This document shows, in pieces, positions 37,371 to 46,785 of a stretch of DNA of 64,000 nt. Below the pieces are notes generated by a model, which worked only from the letters and a program-made list of their open reading frames with translations, was not told where the DNA came from and made no database searches. The DNA is from an uncultured Pseudomonadota bacterium (GTDB lineage: Bacteria > Myxococcota_A > UBA796 > SXON01). Every line of letters starts with the position of its first letter. Position 1 is the first letter of the stretch. The stretch spans positions 1,443-65,442 of the forward strand of contig CAISIK010000223.1 in the NCBI GenBank assembly GCA_903885375.1, given 5' to 3'. A program made the translations under genes and the position numbers.

Positions 37371-40171
37371 TGCAGGGGTTCCCGAAGCGCACCAACCCCC
37401 GGCGGCGCACCATCCTTCGGCTGGAAGCAGGCCGGCATGATCGTGAGCGCGTGCTGAACCTCTCCGCGAACGGCATGTTCGTGGCGGGAGCGAAGGTTGC
37501 CGATGCGGCGCGCGGAGCCCTGTTCATTCCCGGCGAGGACCGTCCCCTCGAGCTGAAGTTTCGTTCGGTCTTCCAGCGGGCCGATGGGCTCGGCGTGCAG
37601 TTCGACACCGAAGACCGCCGCACCCGCAACGAGCTCCTCGCCTACGTCACCTTCCAGCACGAGCAAGCGCGACTCCAGGCCATCGAGACCCGACTGCACG
37701 GCCGGCCGATGAACCTCAAGCCGTTGAACGAAGCGGAGGGCACCCGCGTGGCGCTCCGCCCGATGGAGCGCACGGGCCGCGCGGTGGAGGTGTATCGACG
37801 CATCGACGGCTCGCCGATCCGCGCCTCCCTCACCGCGGTAGACCAGGCCAACGCCCGCCTCTCGATGCTGCTCGACCAGAGCAGCGAGTCCGCCGACGAG
37901 TTCGACCAGGTCTTCCTCGTCCTCCGCCAGGGCGACGTGTCCTTCCTCGCCGACACCGTCGTGGAGACCGCCCGGGGCCGCGTGGCCTCGCTGATGCTCC
38001 CCGAGCGCATCTTCTTCCCCGAACGCCGGATGCTGGAGCGGGAAGCGAGCGGCACCGGGGTGATGCGGGTGGAGATCGACGGCCGAACGCGGGTGATGGG
38101 CGTGCTGCAGTCCGACCCGAACGGCTTCTCGGTCCAGGTCTGGGCGGTCGACGCCGATGCCTTCACGGCCGGGCGCGAGATCACCGGCTGCATCCTGCAG
38201 GAAGGCGACCGAAGCGGGCCGGTGGGTCCCGTGATCGTGGCTTGGCGCGCGGATGCGCCCCAGGAAGGGCGACTGCGCCTGGGGTTGCGGCGGGTCCAGG
38301 CACGCGTGTCGGTACCGCAGCAACGGCTGGCGTTTTCCGAACAGTCCACGACCCTCTTCCAGCGCGCCTGGGGAGGCGTGCAGCACGTGGTGGGCGGGTG
38401 GCTCGCCCGCACCGGCGTCGTGGCGGGTCCGGGCCTGCCGCAGGTCTGGGAAGTTCCCGACGAGGCAGGGCGCCCGGTGGTGGCCCTCGTCAACGCCACG
38501 TTCGACCTGGCGCATCCGCCCGAGGGCAACCTCAACGTCGTGCTGGTCCCTCCGCCCTTCGCGCGCCGCAAGGAGACCCTCGGCCCCGTCGCCCTCTCGC
38601 TCGTGGAGACCTTCCGCGCCGCCGGCGAGCACGCGGTGATCGTGCGGTGGGATGGCATCAACCATCTCGGTGAGAGCTGGAAGGACGAGGCGAGCCGGCA
38701 GCCCGGCCGGGAACTCATCCATTGGACCCTGGGGCAGACCGTTCGGGACCTCGCCAACGTGCACCAACGGGTTCGGGAACGCTTCGCCGGTCGCACGCTC
38801 CGGACCGCGATCGTGTCGTTCTCCATGTCGGCCGTGGCGGCCCGCCGCTACCTTTCCGGGGGCGTGCCGGACGTCCACTACTGGCTCGCGCCCATGGGCG
38901 CGCCCGACCCGCGCGACATCATCCGGAACTCCAGCGGTGGCGTCGACTGGGTCGGCATGCGCAAACGGGGCGCGCAGCTCGGCGTGAACCCCATCCAGGG
39001 GCACCTGCTCGACTGCGACCGGGGTTGCGACGAGATGCTGGGGAGCCGGATCGCCGAGCTGGAGGATGCGCGGCGGGAGATGGCCCTCATCAGCCAGCCG
39101 GTCACCTGGTTCTGCGGCCAGCACGACTACTGGGTGAATCCGCTGCGCGTGGAGGACATCCTCGGGGTACCGGCGCCCGGCACCCGGGAGCTCATCCGCG
39201 TGCCCACCGGCCACTTCGTCCGCCAGAGCGGCGAGGCCATGGAGACCTTCCGCCTCCTTGCGAGCAAGGTGGCCGGCACCTTGCTCGGCCGCCCCGTGAC
39301 CGCCGTCCTCCCCGCCTCGCACGCCTTCACCCGTGCGGCAGAATGGGAGCGGGGGCGGCGCCAGACCGAAGCGTTCGACGACCAGCGGTACTGGAGCGAC
39401 TACCTGCGCGGCACCACCCGCAATCCCCTCGGTTTCGACGTGCTCGCCCTCACGGACGAGTACGAGGAGCTGATGAACGAGCAGGTGGACCAGCTCGGCA
39501 TCCAGTCCGGCGAGCGCGTGCTCGACGCCGGCTGCGGAACCGGAAACGCGCTCGCGGCCATCGTCCGCCGCTGGGGGCACGGGGCGCCCGGCATCCAGAT
39601 CGACGCCATCGACTTCGTGCCCCACGCGCTCGAAACCGCGCGCGCAAAAGCTGCGTCCGCGGCTGCCGAGGTTGGACTCCCGACGTTGGAGGCGCGCTTC
39701 CACGTTTGCGACCTCCGCCTCCCGGCCGACAACTCCGTCCTGCCTTTCGGCGACTCCGCGTTCGACGTGGTGCTCGTCAGCCTCGTCCTCCCCTACCTGC
39801 CAGAGCCGGCGGCGCTCCTGCGCGAGCTCAATCGTGTGCTGCGCCCGGGCGGGCGCCTGGTGGCCAGCACCCTCCGGCCGGATTGCGACATGAGCGGGCC
39901 GCTCAAGCGCCTCAAGGAGAAGATCGAACGCGGCGACGATCAGGTGAAAGAAGGCTGGCGGGCGCGCCAGCTGCTGGTGGCCGTGCAGGACTACGTGAAC
40001 GCGGCAGCCGGGCTCGTGGAGCAAGAGGCCGACGGCCGGTTCCAGTTCTATGAACGCGAGGCGTTCGAGGGCCTCCTCCGCAGCGCCGGCTTCCGCACCG
40101 AGTCCACGCAAGCCACCTTCGGCACCCCGCCCCAGGGTCTGGTGACCCTCGCACGAAAGCCGAATGGATAG
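37370..40171 (+). CDS. Multidomain PilZ / LuxD-like acyl-thioesterase (alpha/beta hydrolase) / class I SAM methyltransferase fusion
   Basis: PilZ RTNPRR...NLSANG; hydrolase PFARRKE, RWDGINHLGES, SFSMSA, GQHDYWV, TGH; MTase VLDAGCGTG, LPFGDSAFD, RVLRPGG; TGATG coupling. Confidence 0.82.
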   Translation: MQGFPKRTNPRRRTILRLEAGRHDRERVLNLSANGMFVAGAKVADAARGALFIPGEDRPLELKFRSVFQRADGLGVQFDTEDRRTRNELLAYVTFQHEQARLQAIETRLHGRPMNLKPLNEAEGTRVALRPMERTGRAVEVYRRIDGSPIRASLTAVDQANARLSMLLDQSSESADEFDQVFLVLRQGDVSFLADTVVETARGRVASLMLPERIFFPERRMLEREASGTGVMRVEIDGRTRVMGVLQSDPNGFSVQVWAVDADAFTAGREITGCILQEGDRSGPVGPVIVAWRADAPQEGRLRLGLRRVQARVSVPQQRLAFSEQSTTLFQRAWGGVQHVVGGWLARTGVVAGPGLPQVWEVPDEAGRPVVALVNATFDLAHPPEGNLNVVLVPPPFARRKETLGPVALSLVETFRAAGEHAVIVRWDGINHLGESWKDEASRQPGRELIHWTLGQTVRDLANVHQRVRERFAGRTLRTAIVSFSMSAVAARRYLSGGVPDVHYWLAPMGAPDPRDIIRNSSGGVDWVGMRKRGAQLGVNPIQGHLLDCDRGCDEMLGSRIAELEDARREMALISQPVTWFCGQHDYWVNPLRVEDILGVPAPGTRELIRVPTGHFVRQSGEAMETFRLLASKVAGTLLGRPVTAVLPASHAFTRAAEWERGRRQTEAFDDQRYWSDYLRGTTRNPLGFDVLALTDEYEELMNEQVDQLGIQSGERVLDAGCGTGNALAAIVRRWGHGAPGIQIDAIDFVPHALETARAKAASAAAEVGLPTLEARFHVCDLRLPADNSVLPFGDSAFDVVLVSLVLPYLPEPAALLRELNRVLRPGGRLVASTLRPDCDMSGPLKRLKEKIERGDDQVKEGWRARQLLVAVQDYVNAAAGLVEQEADGRFQFYEREAFEGLLRSAGFRTESTQATFGTPPQGLVTLARKPNG

Positions 40172-42794
40172 CGGGGTAAATCCTCGTAGAATATGGGCAT
40201 TCGAGGCGGATTTGCGCGCACGCACGGTGCGCGGCATGCGCCTGGCGGCGGGGGTGGGCGCCACCTTCGTGCCCATGTTCTACTTCCTCGACCGGCTGAT
40301 CGTTCCAGAGCTGGCCGACCAGTTCTTGCGCTGGCGGCTCCTGGCCTCGCTCATCTGCACGGGCTGCATCCTGTCGAGCTACACGGAGGCCGGGCGCCGC
40401 CACATCGTCCCCGTCTCCTACGTGGCCTGCCTTTCGGTGAGCCTGTCGATCGCGGCGATGGTCACCAGCATCGCGCCCGGGGAGTCCACCTACTACGCCG
40501 GGCTGAACCTCTGCCTCCTCTCCACGGCGGTGCTCTTCCCGTGGGCGCCGCGCCACACCGCAGCGATCGGCGTGATCGTGGTGGCATCCTTCGTCGTTCC
40601 GGCGCTGGTCTCGCCGCCGGACAGCCTCGGCATCTTCGCGAACAACCTGTTCTTCCTCGTGGCAACCGCCGCGATCGGGGGTCTTTCCTCCCTCGCGGCG
40701 TTCAACGAGCACCGCCGCCGGTTCGACCTCTCGTGGTCCCTCGAGCTCCGTTCTGCGGATCTGGCCGGCGCCAACGAACGACTGCGTCAGGTCGACGAGC
40801 TCAAGAGTCGGTTCTTCGCCAACGTCTCCCATGAGCTCCGCACGCCGCTGACCCTCGCGATCTCGCCGGTGGAGGCGCTCCTGACCACCCCCGGCCTCCC
40901 GCCGACGGTGACGGCCACGATGCGTTCGTTGCACATCGATCTGCTCGCGCTGCGTCGTCGCATCGAGGACCTCATCGACCTCGCCCGGCTGGACAGCGGT
41001 CGCCTGCGCCTGCCCGACCGTCCCGTCGCCTTCGCGCGGATCGTGGCCGATGTGCTCGACGCCGCGCGCCCCTTCGCCGAGCGTGTCGGCGTCGCGCTCC
41101 GCGCCGAGGTGCAGCCGGACCTGCCGGTGGTCATCGGCGATGCCGGCGTGCTCGAGCAGGTGGTCTTCAACCTCCTCTCCAACGCGCTCAAGTTCACGCC
41201 GGCCGGCGGCGAGGTCACGGTGTCGCTGCACGCCCTCCTCGGCTCCGCCGTGCTCCGCGTGTCGGACACCGGAAAGGGCATCTCCGCGGCCGACCAGGCC
41301 GAACTCTTCACCCGCTTCGGGAGCACCACCTCCAGCACCGCCGCGCGAGGAAGCGGCCTGGGACTCGCGCTGGTGAAGGAATTCGTGGAGCTGCACGGCG
41401 GAACGGTGGAAGTCCGCTCCTCCGAAGGCCTGGGCACGACCTTCGAGGTGCACCTCCCCCTGGCCCCCGACGGAACCACGGAATCGGGCATCGACGGCGG
41501 CTCGAACGTGGGCGCGATGGACTTCGAGAGCGAGCTCACCCTCCGCGACGACGACATCCTCGTGCAGCCGCACGACGACGACCGCTCCCTCGTGCTCGTG
41601 GTCGACGACAACCCCCGACTCCGCAAGCTCGTGGCCACCACGCTCGCCGAGGAGTTCCGCGTGGCCGAAGCGCGCGACGGCGCCGACGCGCTGGCCCGCA
41701 TCCGCCAGTCCATGCCCGCGGTCGTGGTGGCCGACGTGATGATGCCGGTCATGGGCGGGCGCGAGCTGCTCGCGACCATGCGGAACGACCCCCGCCTCCG
41801 CCACATCCCCGTGCTCCTGCTCACGGCGCACGCCGACGCCGACGTGCGCGACGAGGCGCTGGAGACCGGCGCGTCGGACTTCCTCAGCAAGCCCTTCTCC
41901 ACCCGGGAGCTCCTCGCGCGCGTGCGGAACTTCGTGTCCCTGCGCAGCGCCCAGCTCGCGCTCGCCTCCACCAACGACGCCCTCGCCCTCGCCCTCGACC
42001 AGACCCGCACGGCGCAGGCCCGGGCGGTCCGCGCGGAGAAGCTCGCCGCCATCGGCCAGCTCGCCTCGGGCATCGCGCACGAGGTGAAGAACCCCATCAA
42101 CTACATGCTCAACTTCGCGCGGCCGGCCCGCGGCAAGCTGGACCGCGCCCAGTCCGGGCAGCTCCCCGCGGATGCGGTGGCGCGGGAATTGGCCAGCGTG
42201 GGGGAGGCGCTGGGGCGGGTGGTGGAGGGCGGCGAACGCATCCTGCGCATCGTGAACGGCCTGCAGGCCTTTGCCCGAGGTGGCCAGGCCCGCGTGCCCG
42301 TCGCGGTAGACGCGGAGGTGGCCGCCGCGCTGCGCCTCACCGAAGGGACGGCCCCCCCGGGCGTGCAGATCACCTCCAACCTCCAGAGCGAGGGGACGGT
42401 GCTCGGCAGCCCCGTGAGCATCGGCGCGGTCACCCTGAACCTCGTCTCCAACGCCCTCCGCGCGCTCTCCCCCGGCGGCACCGTCCGGGTCTCCACGACC
42501 AGCGACGAAGAGTCGGTCTGCCTCGTGGTGGAGGACGACGGGCACGGCATTCCCCCCGAGTACCTCGACCGGATATGGCACCCCTTCTTCACCACGAGGG
42601 GCGCCGGCGAGGGCCTCGGGCTGGGGCTCGCGCTGGTGCTCCGCATCGTCAACGAGGACATGGGCGGGCGCATCCAGGTGCGCAGCGAGCCCGGGGAGGG
42701 CACCCGCTTCGAGGTGACGATTCCCCGGAACTCGTCCCGGCGGGACGACAGCACCTGGACCGATCTCGCCCGCGGGATCACCGCGCCGAGCTGA
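40164..42794 (+). CDS. Membrane hybrid sensor kinase: ~6TM-HisKA-HATPase-REC-HisKA-HATPase
   Basis: TM sensor with YYAGLNL; SHELRTPL, NLLSNALKFT, GSGLGL; REC VDD/ADVMMP/KPF; second AHEVKNP, NLVSNA, PFFTT, GLGLGL. Start could be later (ATG near 40236). Confidence 0.93.
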   Translation: MDSGVNPRRIWAFEADLRARTVRGMRLAAGVGATFVPMFYFLDRLIVPELADQFLRWRLLASLICTGCILSSYTEAGRRHIVPVSYVACLSVSLSIAAMVTSIAPGESTYYAGLNLCLLSTAVLFPWAPRHTAAIGVIVVASFVVPALVSPPDSLGIFANNLFFLVATAAIGGLSSLAAFNEHRRRFDLSWSLELRSADLAGANERLRQVDELKSRFFANVSHELRTPLTLAISPVEALLTTPGLPPTVTATMRSLHIDLLALRRRIEDLIDLARLDSGRLRLPDRPVAFARIVADVLDAARPFAERVGVALRAEVQPDLPVVIGDAGVLEQVVFNLLSNALKFTPAGGEVTVSLHALLGSAVLRVSDTGKGISAADQAELFTRFGSTTSSTAARGSGLGLALVKEFVELHGGTVEVRSSEGLGTTFEVHLPLAPDGTTESGIDGGSNVGAMDFESELTLRDDDILVQPHDDDRSLVLVVDDNPRLRKLVATTLAEEFRVAEARDGADALARIRQSMPAVVVADVMMPVMGGRELLATMRNDPRLRHIPVLLLTAHADADVRDEALETGASDFLSKPFSTRELLARVRNFVSLRSAQLALASTNDALALALDQTRTAQARAVRAEKLAAIGQLASGIAHEVKNPINYMLNFARPARGKLDRAQSGQLPADAVARELASVGEALGRVVEGGERILRIVNGLQAFARGGQARVPVAVDAEVAAALRLTEGTAPPGVQITSNLQSEGTVLGSPVSIGAVTLNLVSNALRALSPGGTVRVSTTSDEESVCLVVEDDGHGIPPEYLDRIWHPFFTTRGAGEGLGLGLALVLRIVNEDMGGRIQVRSEPGEGTRFEVTIPRNSSRRDDSTWTDLARGITAPS

Positions 42795-42800
42795 TCCGCC

Positions 42801-43922
42801 TCAGGATGGGTAGACGGGCGGCCACGCCGCGCCGGGGCGGGCGAGGTGGAAGCCCTGCAGCAGGTTCGCCCCGCAGCGCACGGCCGTGGAGGCCTCTTCT
42901 TCCGATTCCACACCCTCCGCCACCAGCTCGCTGCCCGTGGCCGAAGCGAAGTTGGCGAGGAGCTGGAGCAGGCGCTGCTTGCGCGGCTCCCGATGGGCGT
43001 TCCGCACGATGCTCATGTCGGCCTTGATGAAGGCGGGGCTGAGCTCCGCGAGCACGGACAGGCTGTTGTAGCCGCTGCCGATGTCATCCACCGCGATGCG
43101 GAACCCGCGGCGCCCGAGCTCCCCGAGCGCCTCCTCGGCGCCGTGGTAGTCGGAGAGCGGCGCGCGCTCGGTGATCTCCAGCACCGTGCGGGCGGCGAAG
43201 GGCTCAAGGCAGGCGAAGGCCTCCAAGGCGCGCGGCCCGGCGAACTGGGCAGGATGGGTGTTCACGAAAACGTCGACCGACGCCGGCACCCTCTGCATCC
43301 ACCCGGCCGCGAGCTGGTTCACCACGCGGCCGAGGTCGGCCTCCCGGCCGCTGCGCTCCACGGAGTCGAGGACGCGGAGGGGATCAGACAGGGTGGGGTG
43401 GGTGGAGCGGAGCAGCAGCTCGACCGCAGCGAGACCGCGGGTGCGCGCCGTGAACATCGGCTGGATCGCGAGCGAAAACATCCCGCCGTCCACGCACTGC
43501 TGGAACATCGACGAGTGGAACTCCACGTCGTGCGTGCGGCGGATGGCCCGGCGCACGAGCGCACCGGCCTCCTGGAGCGCCCGCAGCTCCCGCTCGAATT
43601 GCTCCGTCTGGAAGGGGCGCCGAAGCACCCGCTGGGCGATGACCGCGCCGGCCCCCAGGTCGCTGCCGGAGCTGGTGAGCAGGAGCCGCATGGTTTCGGG
43701 GTGGTGCTCGCGCGAGTGCGTCAGCAACCCGGTGCTCGCCTCTTCGCCGAGCTCGTCGGACACGACCAGCACGTCGACCCGACGTGCGCTGAGACCGCCG
43801 AGGGCCTCCTCCGCCGTGCCCACCACCTCCACGGTGTTTCCCGTGTCGGTGAGGAGACGGAAAAGGGTACGCCGCAACCCTTCATTTGTATCGGCGAGGA
43901 GGATGTGGGCGGGGGCTTCCAA
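42801..43922 (-). CDS. Degenerate REC + EAL domain c-di-GMP phosphodiesterase
   Basis: IQP, ELLLR, FVN, LEITER, VDDIGSGYNS, IKAD, VAEGVE, LQGF; REC phosphoacceptor region reads VLVVSDE; TTG start. Confidence 0.88.
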   Translation of the reverse strand: MEAPAHILLADTNEGLRRTLFRLLTDTGNTVEVVGTAEEALGGLSARRVDVLVVSDELGEEASTGLLTHSREHHPETMRLLLTSSGSDLGAGAVIAQRVLRRPFQTEQFERELRALQEAGALVRRAIRRTHDVEFHSSMFQQCVDGGMFSLAIQPMFTARTRGLAAVELLLRSTHPTLSDPLRVLDSVERSGREADLGRVVNQLAAGWMQRVPASVDVFVNTHPAQFAGPRALEAFACLEPFAARTVLEITERAPLSDYHGAEEALGELGRRGFRIAVDDIGSGYNSLSVLAELSPAFIKADMSIVRNAHREPRKQRLLQLLANFASATGSELVAEGVESEEEASTAVRCGANLLQGFHLARPGAAWPPVYPS

Positions 43923-43984
43923 GCGGGCCAGTGTACCACGCCGCCACCACCTTGATACGCTGGCCGGCCCGAGCAGGAGCCCCG

Positions 43985-45193
43985 ATGCACATCCTCATCG
44001 CCGACAAATTGGCCCCGTTCGTCGCGGGCCGCGCACAGGACCTCGGCGGCGTGGTCACCGTGGAGGGGGGCCTCAAGGATGCGGCGCTCACGGCGCGCAT
44101 CGCCGAGCTCGACCCCGAAGTGCTCATCGTGCGCAGCACGAAGGTGACCGCGGCCGACATGGCGGCGGGGCGCTCGCTCTCCCTCGTGATCCGCGCTGGC
44201 GCGGGCGTGAACACGATCGACCTCGCGGCGGCCTCCCAGCGCGGTGTGTACGTGGCCAACTGCCCCGGCAAGAACGCCATCGCGGTGGCCGAGCTGGCCA
44301 TCGGGCTGATGATCAGCTGCGACCGGCGGATTCCCGACAACGTCGCGGCGCTGCGGGCCCACCGGTGGGACAAGAAGACCTTCGGCACCGCGCGCGGTCT
44401 TAACGGTCGCACGGTGGCCGTGCTCGGGGTCGGCACCATCGGCAAGGAGTTCATCGTCCGCGCGCAGGCCATGGGCATGCGGGTGGTGGCCTGGAGTCGG
44501 GGCCTCACCGCGGATGCGGCGGCGCGCCTCGGCGTGGCGCGCGCGGAGAGCCCGGAGGCCGCCGTGGTGGGCGCCGACGTGGTGAGCGTGCACCTCGCGC
44601 TCGCCTCCGAAACGCGCGCGCGCATCGGCGAGAGCGTGTTTTCCGCGATGAAGCCCGGCGCGATCTTCCTGAACACCGCCCGTGGCGAAGTCGTGGACTA
44701 CGCCGCGCTCCAGCGCGCGATCAGCGAGCGCCAGCTCCGCGTGGGGCTCGACGTCTTCCCCGACGAGCCCTCCGCCGCGCAGGCCGAATTCGCCCACCCG
44801 CTGGTGGACAACCCCGCGGTGTACGGCACCCACCACATCGGCGCGAGCACCGACGAGTCGGAAGAGGCCGTGGGCGAGGAGTGCCTCCGCATCATCACCG
44901 CCTACCGCGACGGCGCCCCGATCCCCAACTGCGTGAACCTCGCCACCCGCACCCCCGCCACCCACCTGCTCGTGGTCCGCCACGCCGACCGCGTGGGTGT
45001 CCTCGCACACGTGCTCGGCGTGCTCCGTGAGGGCGGCGTGAACGTGGAGGACATGCAGAACATCGTGTTCTCCGGCGGCCTCGCCGCCTGCGCCCGCATC
45101 GCCACCAAGGGCGAGGTCTCGCCCGCCCTCCTGGAGCGCATCCAGGCCAATCCCAACATCTTCGCGGCTTCGGCCGTGGCCCTCTCGGAGTAG
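43985..45193 (+). CDS. serA: D-3-phosphoglycerate dehydrogenase with C-terminal ACT domain
   Basis: RAGAGVNTID, NAIAVAE, GVGTIG, NTARG, DVF..EP, HIGAST.E; ACT domain; adjacent to serC; AGGAG RBS. Confidence 0.88.
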   Translation: MHILIADKLAPFVAGRAQDLGGVVTVEGGLKDAALTARIAELDPEVLIVRSTKVTAADMAAGRSLSLVIRAGAGVNTIDLAAASQRGVYVANCPGKNAIAVAELAIGLMISCDRRIPDNVAALRAHRWDKKTFGTARGLNGRTVAVLGVGTIGKEFIVRAQAMGMRVVAWSRGLTADAAARLGVARAESPEAAVVGADVVSVHLALASETRARIGESVFSAMKPGAIFLNTARGEVVDYAALQRAISERQLRVGLDVFPDEPSAAQAEFAHPLVDNPAVYGTHHIGASTDESEEAVGEECLRIITAYRDGAPIPNCVNLATRTPATHLLVVRHADRVGVLAHVLGVLREGGVNVEDMQNIVFSGGLAACARIATKGEVSPALLERIQANPNIFAASAVALSE

Positions 45194-45195
45194 TC

Positions 45196-46278
45196 ATGGC
45201 CCGTCTGCACAACTTCTCGGCCGGCCCGGCCGTCCTGCCCCTCTCCGTCGTGGAGGCCCTCCGCGACAACCTGCTCGACCTCAACGGCTCGGGCGTGGGC
45301 CTCATGGAGATCAGCCACCGCAGCAAGACCTTCCAGGCGGTGGTCGACAGCGCGGAGGCCCGCGTTCGCCGCGTGCTGAACGTGCCGGCCGACTACAAGG
45401 TGCTGTTCCTCCAGGGCGGCGCCTCCCTCCAGTTCTACATGAGCGCCCTGAACCTGCTCCGCCCCGGCGAGGCCGCCGACTTTCTCGTGACCGGCGTGTG
45501 GTCGCAGAAGGCCATCAAGGAAGCCAAGCGTATCGGCGATGCCCGCGCCATCTGGGACGACGCGCCCAACAACTTCACCCGCGTGCCCCAGAACGGCGAG
45601 TACACCGTTCGCGACGAGGCGGTGTACCTGCACTACACCTCGAACAACACCATCTACGGCACCGAATTCCACCACCAGCCCGACTCGGCCGGCAAGCCGT
45701 TGGTGGCCGACCTGAGCTCCGACATCGCCGGCGTGCCGGCGAACGTGAGCGAGCACGCGATGATCTACGCGGGCGCCCAGAAGAACCTCGGCCCCAGCGG
45801 CCTCACCCTCGTGCTGCTCTCCCCGTGGGCCATGTCGCGCATTCCGAGCGGGCTCCCCGCCATGCTCGACTACGCGGTGCACGCCAAGGATGGGTCGATG
45901 TACAACACGCCCAACTGTGTCGGCATCTACGTGCTCGACCAGGTGCTCGGCTGGATGGAGGACAACGGCGGCATGCCGGCCATGATCGCGCGCAACCGCA
46001 AAAAGGCCGACACGCTCTACGCCGAGCTCGACCGCACCGGCTTCTGGCGCCCGCACGCGCGGCCCGACAGCCGCAGCGTGATGAACGTCACCTGGCGCCT
46101 GCCCTCCGAGGAGCTCGAGAACGCCTTCGTGAAAGAAGCGAAAGCGGCCACGCTCGATGGCCTCAAGGGCCATCGCTCCGTGGGCGGCATCCGCGCCAGC
46201 CTCTACAACGCGCTCGGGCAGGAATCGGTCGATGCGCTGGTGTCCTTCATGACTGATTTCGAGCGTCGAAACGGCTGA
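45196..46278 (+). CDS. serC: Phosphoserine aminotransferase
   Basis: NFSAGPA.LP, EISHRS, FLQGGA, NNTIYG, YAGAQKNLGPSG, MYNTP, GHRSVGG.RAS.YNA. Confidence 0.97.
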   Translation: MARLHNFSAGPAVLPLSVVEALRDNLLDLNGSGVGLMEISHRSKTFQAVVDSAEARVRRVLNVPADYKVLFLQGGASLQFYMSALNLLRPGEAADFLVTGVWSQKAIKEAKRIGDARAIWDDAPNNFTRVPQNGEYTVRDEAVYLHYTSNNTIYGTEFHHQPDSAGKPLVADLSSDIAGVPANVSEHAMIYAGAQKNLGPSGLTLVLLSPWAMSRIPSGLPAMLDYAVHAKDGSMYNTPNCVGIYVLDQVLGWMEDNGGMPAMIARNRKKADTLYAELDRTGFWRPHARPDSRSVMNVTWRLPSEELENAFVKEAKAATLDGLKGHRSVGGIRASLYNALGQESVDALVSFMTDFERRNG

Positions 46279-46374
46279 ACTGCGGCGCGGCCGGGGCGGC
46301 GGAGCAATTCCGTAAAAACCGGTCCCCGCGGCGGGCTCGGGGGTTAGCGGGCGCACTCCAACCCGAGGGCTCCC

Positions 46375-46722
46375 ATGGCCGGTTCCGACGACGAAAAGCA
46401 CGACCACTCCCACGAGCACGATGAGTCGTGCGACCACGACCACGACGAAGAGGTCGATGTCGTGACCCTCGTCGACGCCGATGGCAACGAGGTGGACCAC
46501 TACTGGCTCGGCCTCGTGGAGGTCGACGATGACCAGTTCGCGCTCCTCTGTCCGGTAGATGAGATGGACGAGGACAGCGAGAACACCAACGTCTACGTGT
46601 ACCACTACAGCGAAGACGAAGACGGCGCCGAGTCCTTCGAAGCCGTGGAAGACGACGCGCTGCTCGCCCGCGTGCAGGCCGCCGCCGAGGCCATGTTCGC
46701 CGCCGACGAAGAAGAAGCCTGA
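46375..46722 (+). CDS. DUF1292-like acidic protein with His-rich N-terminus
   Basis: HDHSHEHDESCDHDHDEE then TLVDADGNE...YHY.EDEDG...EDD. Confidence 0.75.
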   Translation: MAGSDDEKHDHSHEHDESCDHDHDEEVDVVTLVDADGNEVDHYWLGLVEVDDDQFALLCPVDEMDEDSENTNVYVYHYSEDEDGAESFEAVEDDALLARVQAAAEAMFAADEEEA

Positions 46723-46736
46723 TCGAACGAGCGCCG

Positions 46737-46760
46737 CGCGGCCCTCGCGAGGGGGCCGCG
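46737..46760. terminator. GC-rich hairpin between convergent genes
   Basis: CGCGGCCC-N8-GGGCCGCG. Confidence 0.4.
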
Positions 46761-46785
46761 CCGCACCGGCCGCGACGATCGCGGC

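Noticed and set aside
38440-39340. Bioluminescence (lux) operon
   Set aside because: Only a LuxD-like domain is present; no luxA/B/C/E homologues in the window
35582-42581. Long minus-strand ORFs (1564 aa and 889 aa)
   Set aside because: Shadows of the motif-bearing + strand signalling genes
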